Assembly: GCA_001805615.1 (NCBI GenBank)
Contig: MHGP01000057.1
Location: 40,824 to 79,331, forward strand
From: Omnitrophica WOR_2 bacterium RIFCSPHIGHO2_02_FULL_48_11
Lineage (GTDB): Bacteria; Omnitrophota; Gorgyraeia; Zapsychrales; GWA2-47-8
Length of the DNA stretch: 38,508 nt
Direction of reading: 5' to 3'
Part shown: positions 37,625 through 38,508 of the stretch, one piece after another
Numbering within the stretch: position 1 is the first letter of the stretch
Layout: each line of letters opens with the position of its first letter
Translations under genes and position numbers: made by a program
Notes under the pieces: generated by a model
The model's input: the letters and a program-made list of their open reading frames with translations, nothing else
Databases searched by the model: none
What the model was told of the DNA's origin: nothing

Positions 37625-38350
37625 CTACTTTTTCTCAAAGGAAATTTCCATGTTAAAAGATATCTCCGGATAATTAAAATTGCCGGGAAAGGCGGCAAAG
37701 GGACTTGCCTCTTTAATGATGTTGAGGCCGATCTGCTGCACATAGGCATTGGCCGTCGTCTTATCACCGATGACCTGAATCTGTTTTAAAGATCCGTCCG
37801 ACGAAAGAACAAAAGTCAGATACACCTTCCCTTTTTGAAATTCAGGATTATTCATCAATTCAATATCATTTTCATAAAACCCTGCCCTCTCGAGAATTTT
37901 TGCGCGGATCCCGCTGTAATAACTCAAATACCGCTGGTTACTGATCTTTTCCGACTCAAATAGCGGGACCGAAATGCTCCGCTTCCCCGAAGCCGGGATC
38001 ACTTGAGAATATTGTTTGGTAGAATCTTTTAGAACGCCGTCAATTTGACTTTTCTTTTTATTGATGTCCTTAAGAAGCGAATTCGGCAAAACTTGCTTGG
38101 CCGCTAACTTTTGCTGGGTTTTGTTCACCTTCTGCATATCCATGTTCCTCTTGGCAGGCGCCGGCGGTTGAGCTGCCGCGGACCGCTGCACCATCCGGTA
38201 TTTGATCTCCGTACGCTTAAACCGCGGCTTGACGATATGATTGGAAAAAGAAAATCCTGCCACGATCAAAAGATGCGCGGCCATGGAGATCATCAGCGCC
38301 CAATAAATGATCTCCTCATCTTTCCAATCCCAATGTTTAAAATTGATCAT
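37625..38350 (-). CDS. TonB/TolA-like protein
   Basis: TM with SxxxH (ISMAAHLL), Pro/Lys linker, C-terminal Y...IRAKI...GKVYLTFVLSSDG...ASPFAAFP; start moved to ATG 38350. Confidence 0.8.
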   Translation of the reverse strand: MINFKHWDWKDEEIIYWALMISMAAHLLIVAGFSFSNHIVKPRFKRTEIKYRMVQRSAAAQPPAPAKRNMDMQKVNKTQQKLAAKQVLPNSLLKDINKKKSQIDGVLKDSTKQYSQVIPASGKRSISVPLFESEKISNQRYLSYYSGIRAKILERAGFYENDIELMNNPEFQKGKVYLTFVLSSDGSLKQIQVIGDKTTANAYVQQIGLNIIKEASPFAAFPGNFNYPEISFNMEISFEKK

Positions 38351-38357
38351 ACTCTTC

Positions 38358-38508
38358 CTAGCGGCGAAAAAACTCTTTGCTAATGTAAATGAAGAAACGG
38401 ATGGTGTCACGCAAAGGATTGATCTTACTTTTTTCATCACGGTAAATCGTCTTGACCGGAGCCGCATGCACCCTAAATCCCCGACGGCTGGCTTGGATCA
38501 AGACCTCG
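38358..38508 (-). CDS. C-terminus of a family 2 (DPM-synthase-like) glycosyltransferase, partial
   Basis: Hand translation: EVLIQASRRGFRVHAAPVKTIYRDEKSKINPLRDTIRFFIYISKEFFRR*. Confidence 0.7.
   Translation of the reverse strand, partial: EVLIQASRRGFRVHAAPVKTIYRDEKSKINPLRDTIRFFIYISKEFFRR

Noticed and set aside
38351-38467. Fusion of, or frameshift between, the GT2 fragment and the TonB-like gene
   Set aside because: The GT2 frame ends cleanly at TAG 38360-38358 and the TonB-like gene has its own purine-rich RBS and ATG at 38350.

Overview
A 38.5 kb, gene-dense core-chromosome segment from a diderm bacterium, most likely PVC superphylum. It carries the PVC-signature small basic protein, and the gene style suggests Candidatus Omnitrophota, which is an inference. 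All genes are on the minus strand except one ExeA/GspB-like pair. Read from the right end, the order is: GT2 (partial), TonB-C-like protein, DUF1844, Trm112-like, aroQ, Xaa-Pro peptidase, efp, accB, accC, Asp23, AmaP, pfk, gmhA, rfaE2-like, ThiD2-like, thiE, tRNA-Gly(CCC), LysM/M23 lipoprotein, archaeal-type ATPase, metallophosphoesterase, HIT, dGTPase, GAF/HD-GYP, SPOR, small basic protein, SH3, site-2 protease, aroB, [gspB-like and exeA-like on +], PilZ, small Cys4 protein, PilZ, small membrane protein, RluA-type synthase, MazG-like, lipoprotein, uvrB, coaX, groES, groEL, TMTC-like TPR protein, guaB3, guaA, dnaE, HU/IHF, hisS (partial). I saw no transposase, integrase, prophage or CRISPR array. 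The best candidates for undescribed biology are (i) a tightly packed run of ATPase plus four nucleotide hydrolases downstream of tRNA-Gly and (ii) a PilZ / Cys4 microprotein / PilZ / micro-membrane-protein run divergent from exeA-gspB. Other oddities are EF-P with a PAKG loop, an atypical PFK active site, a very basic GuaA N-terminal arm, a mirrored GTCACC repeat element, an attenuator-like accB-accC spacer and a CIRCE-like terminator. All family calls come from motif recognition by eye; no searches were run.
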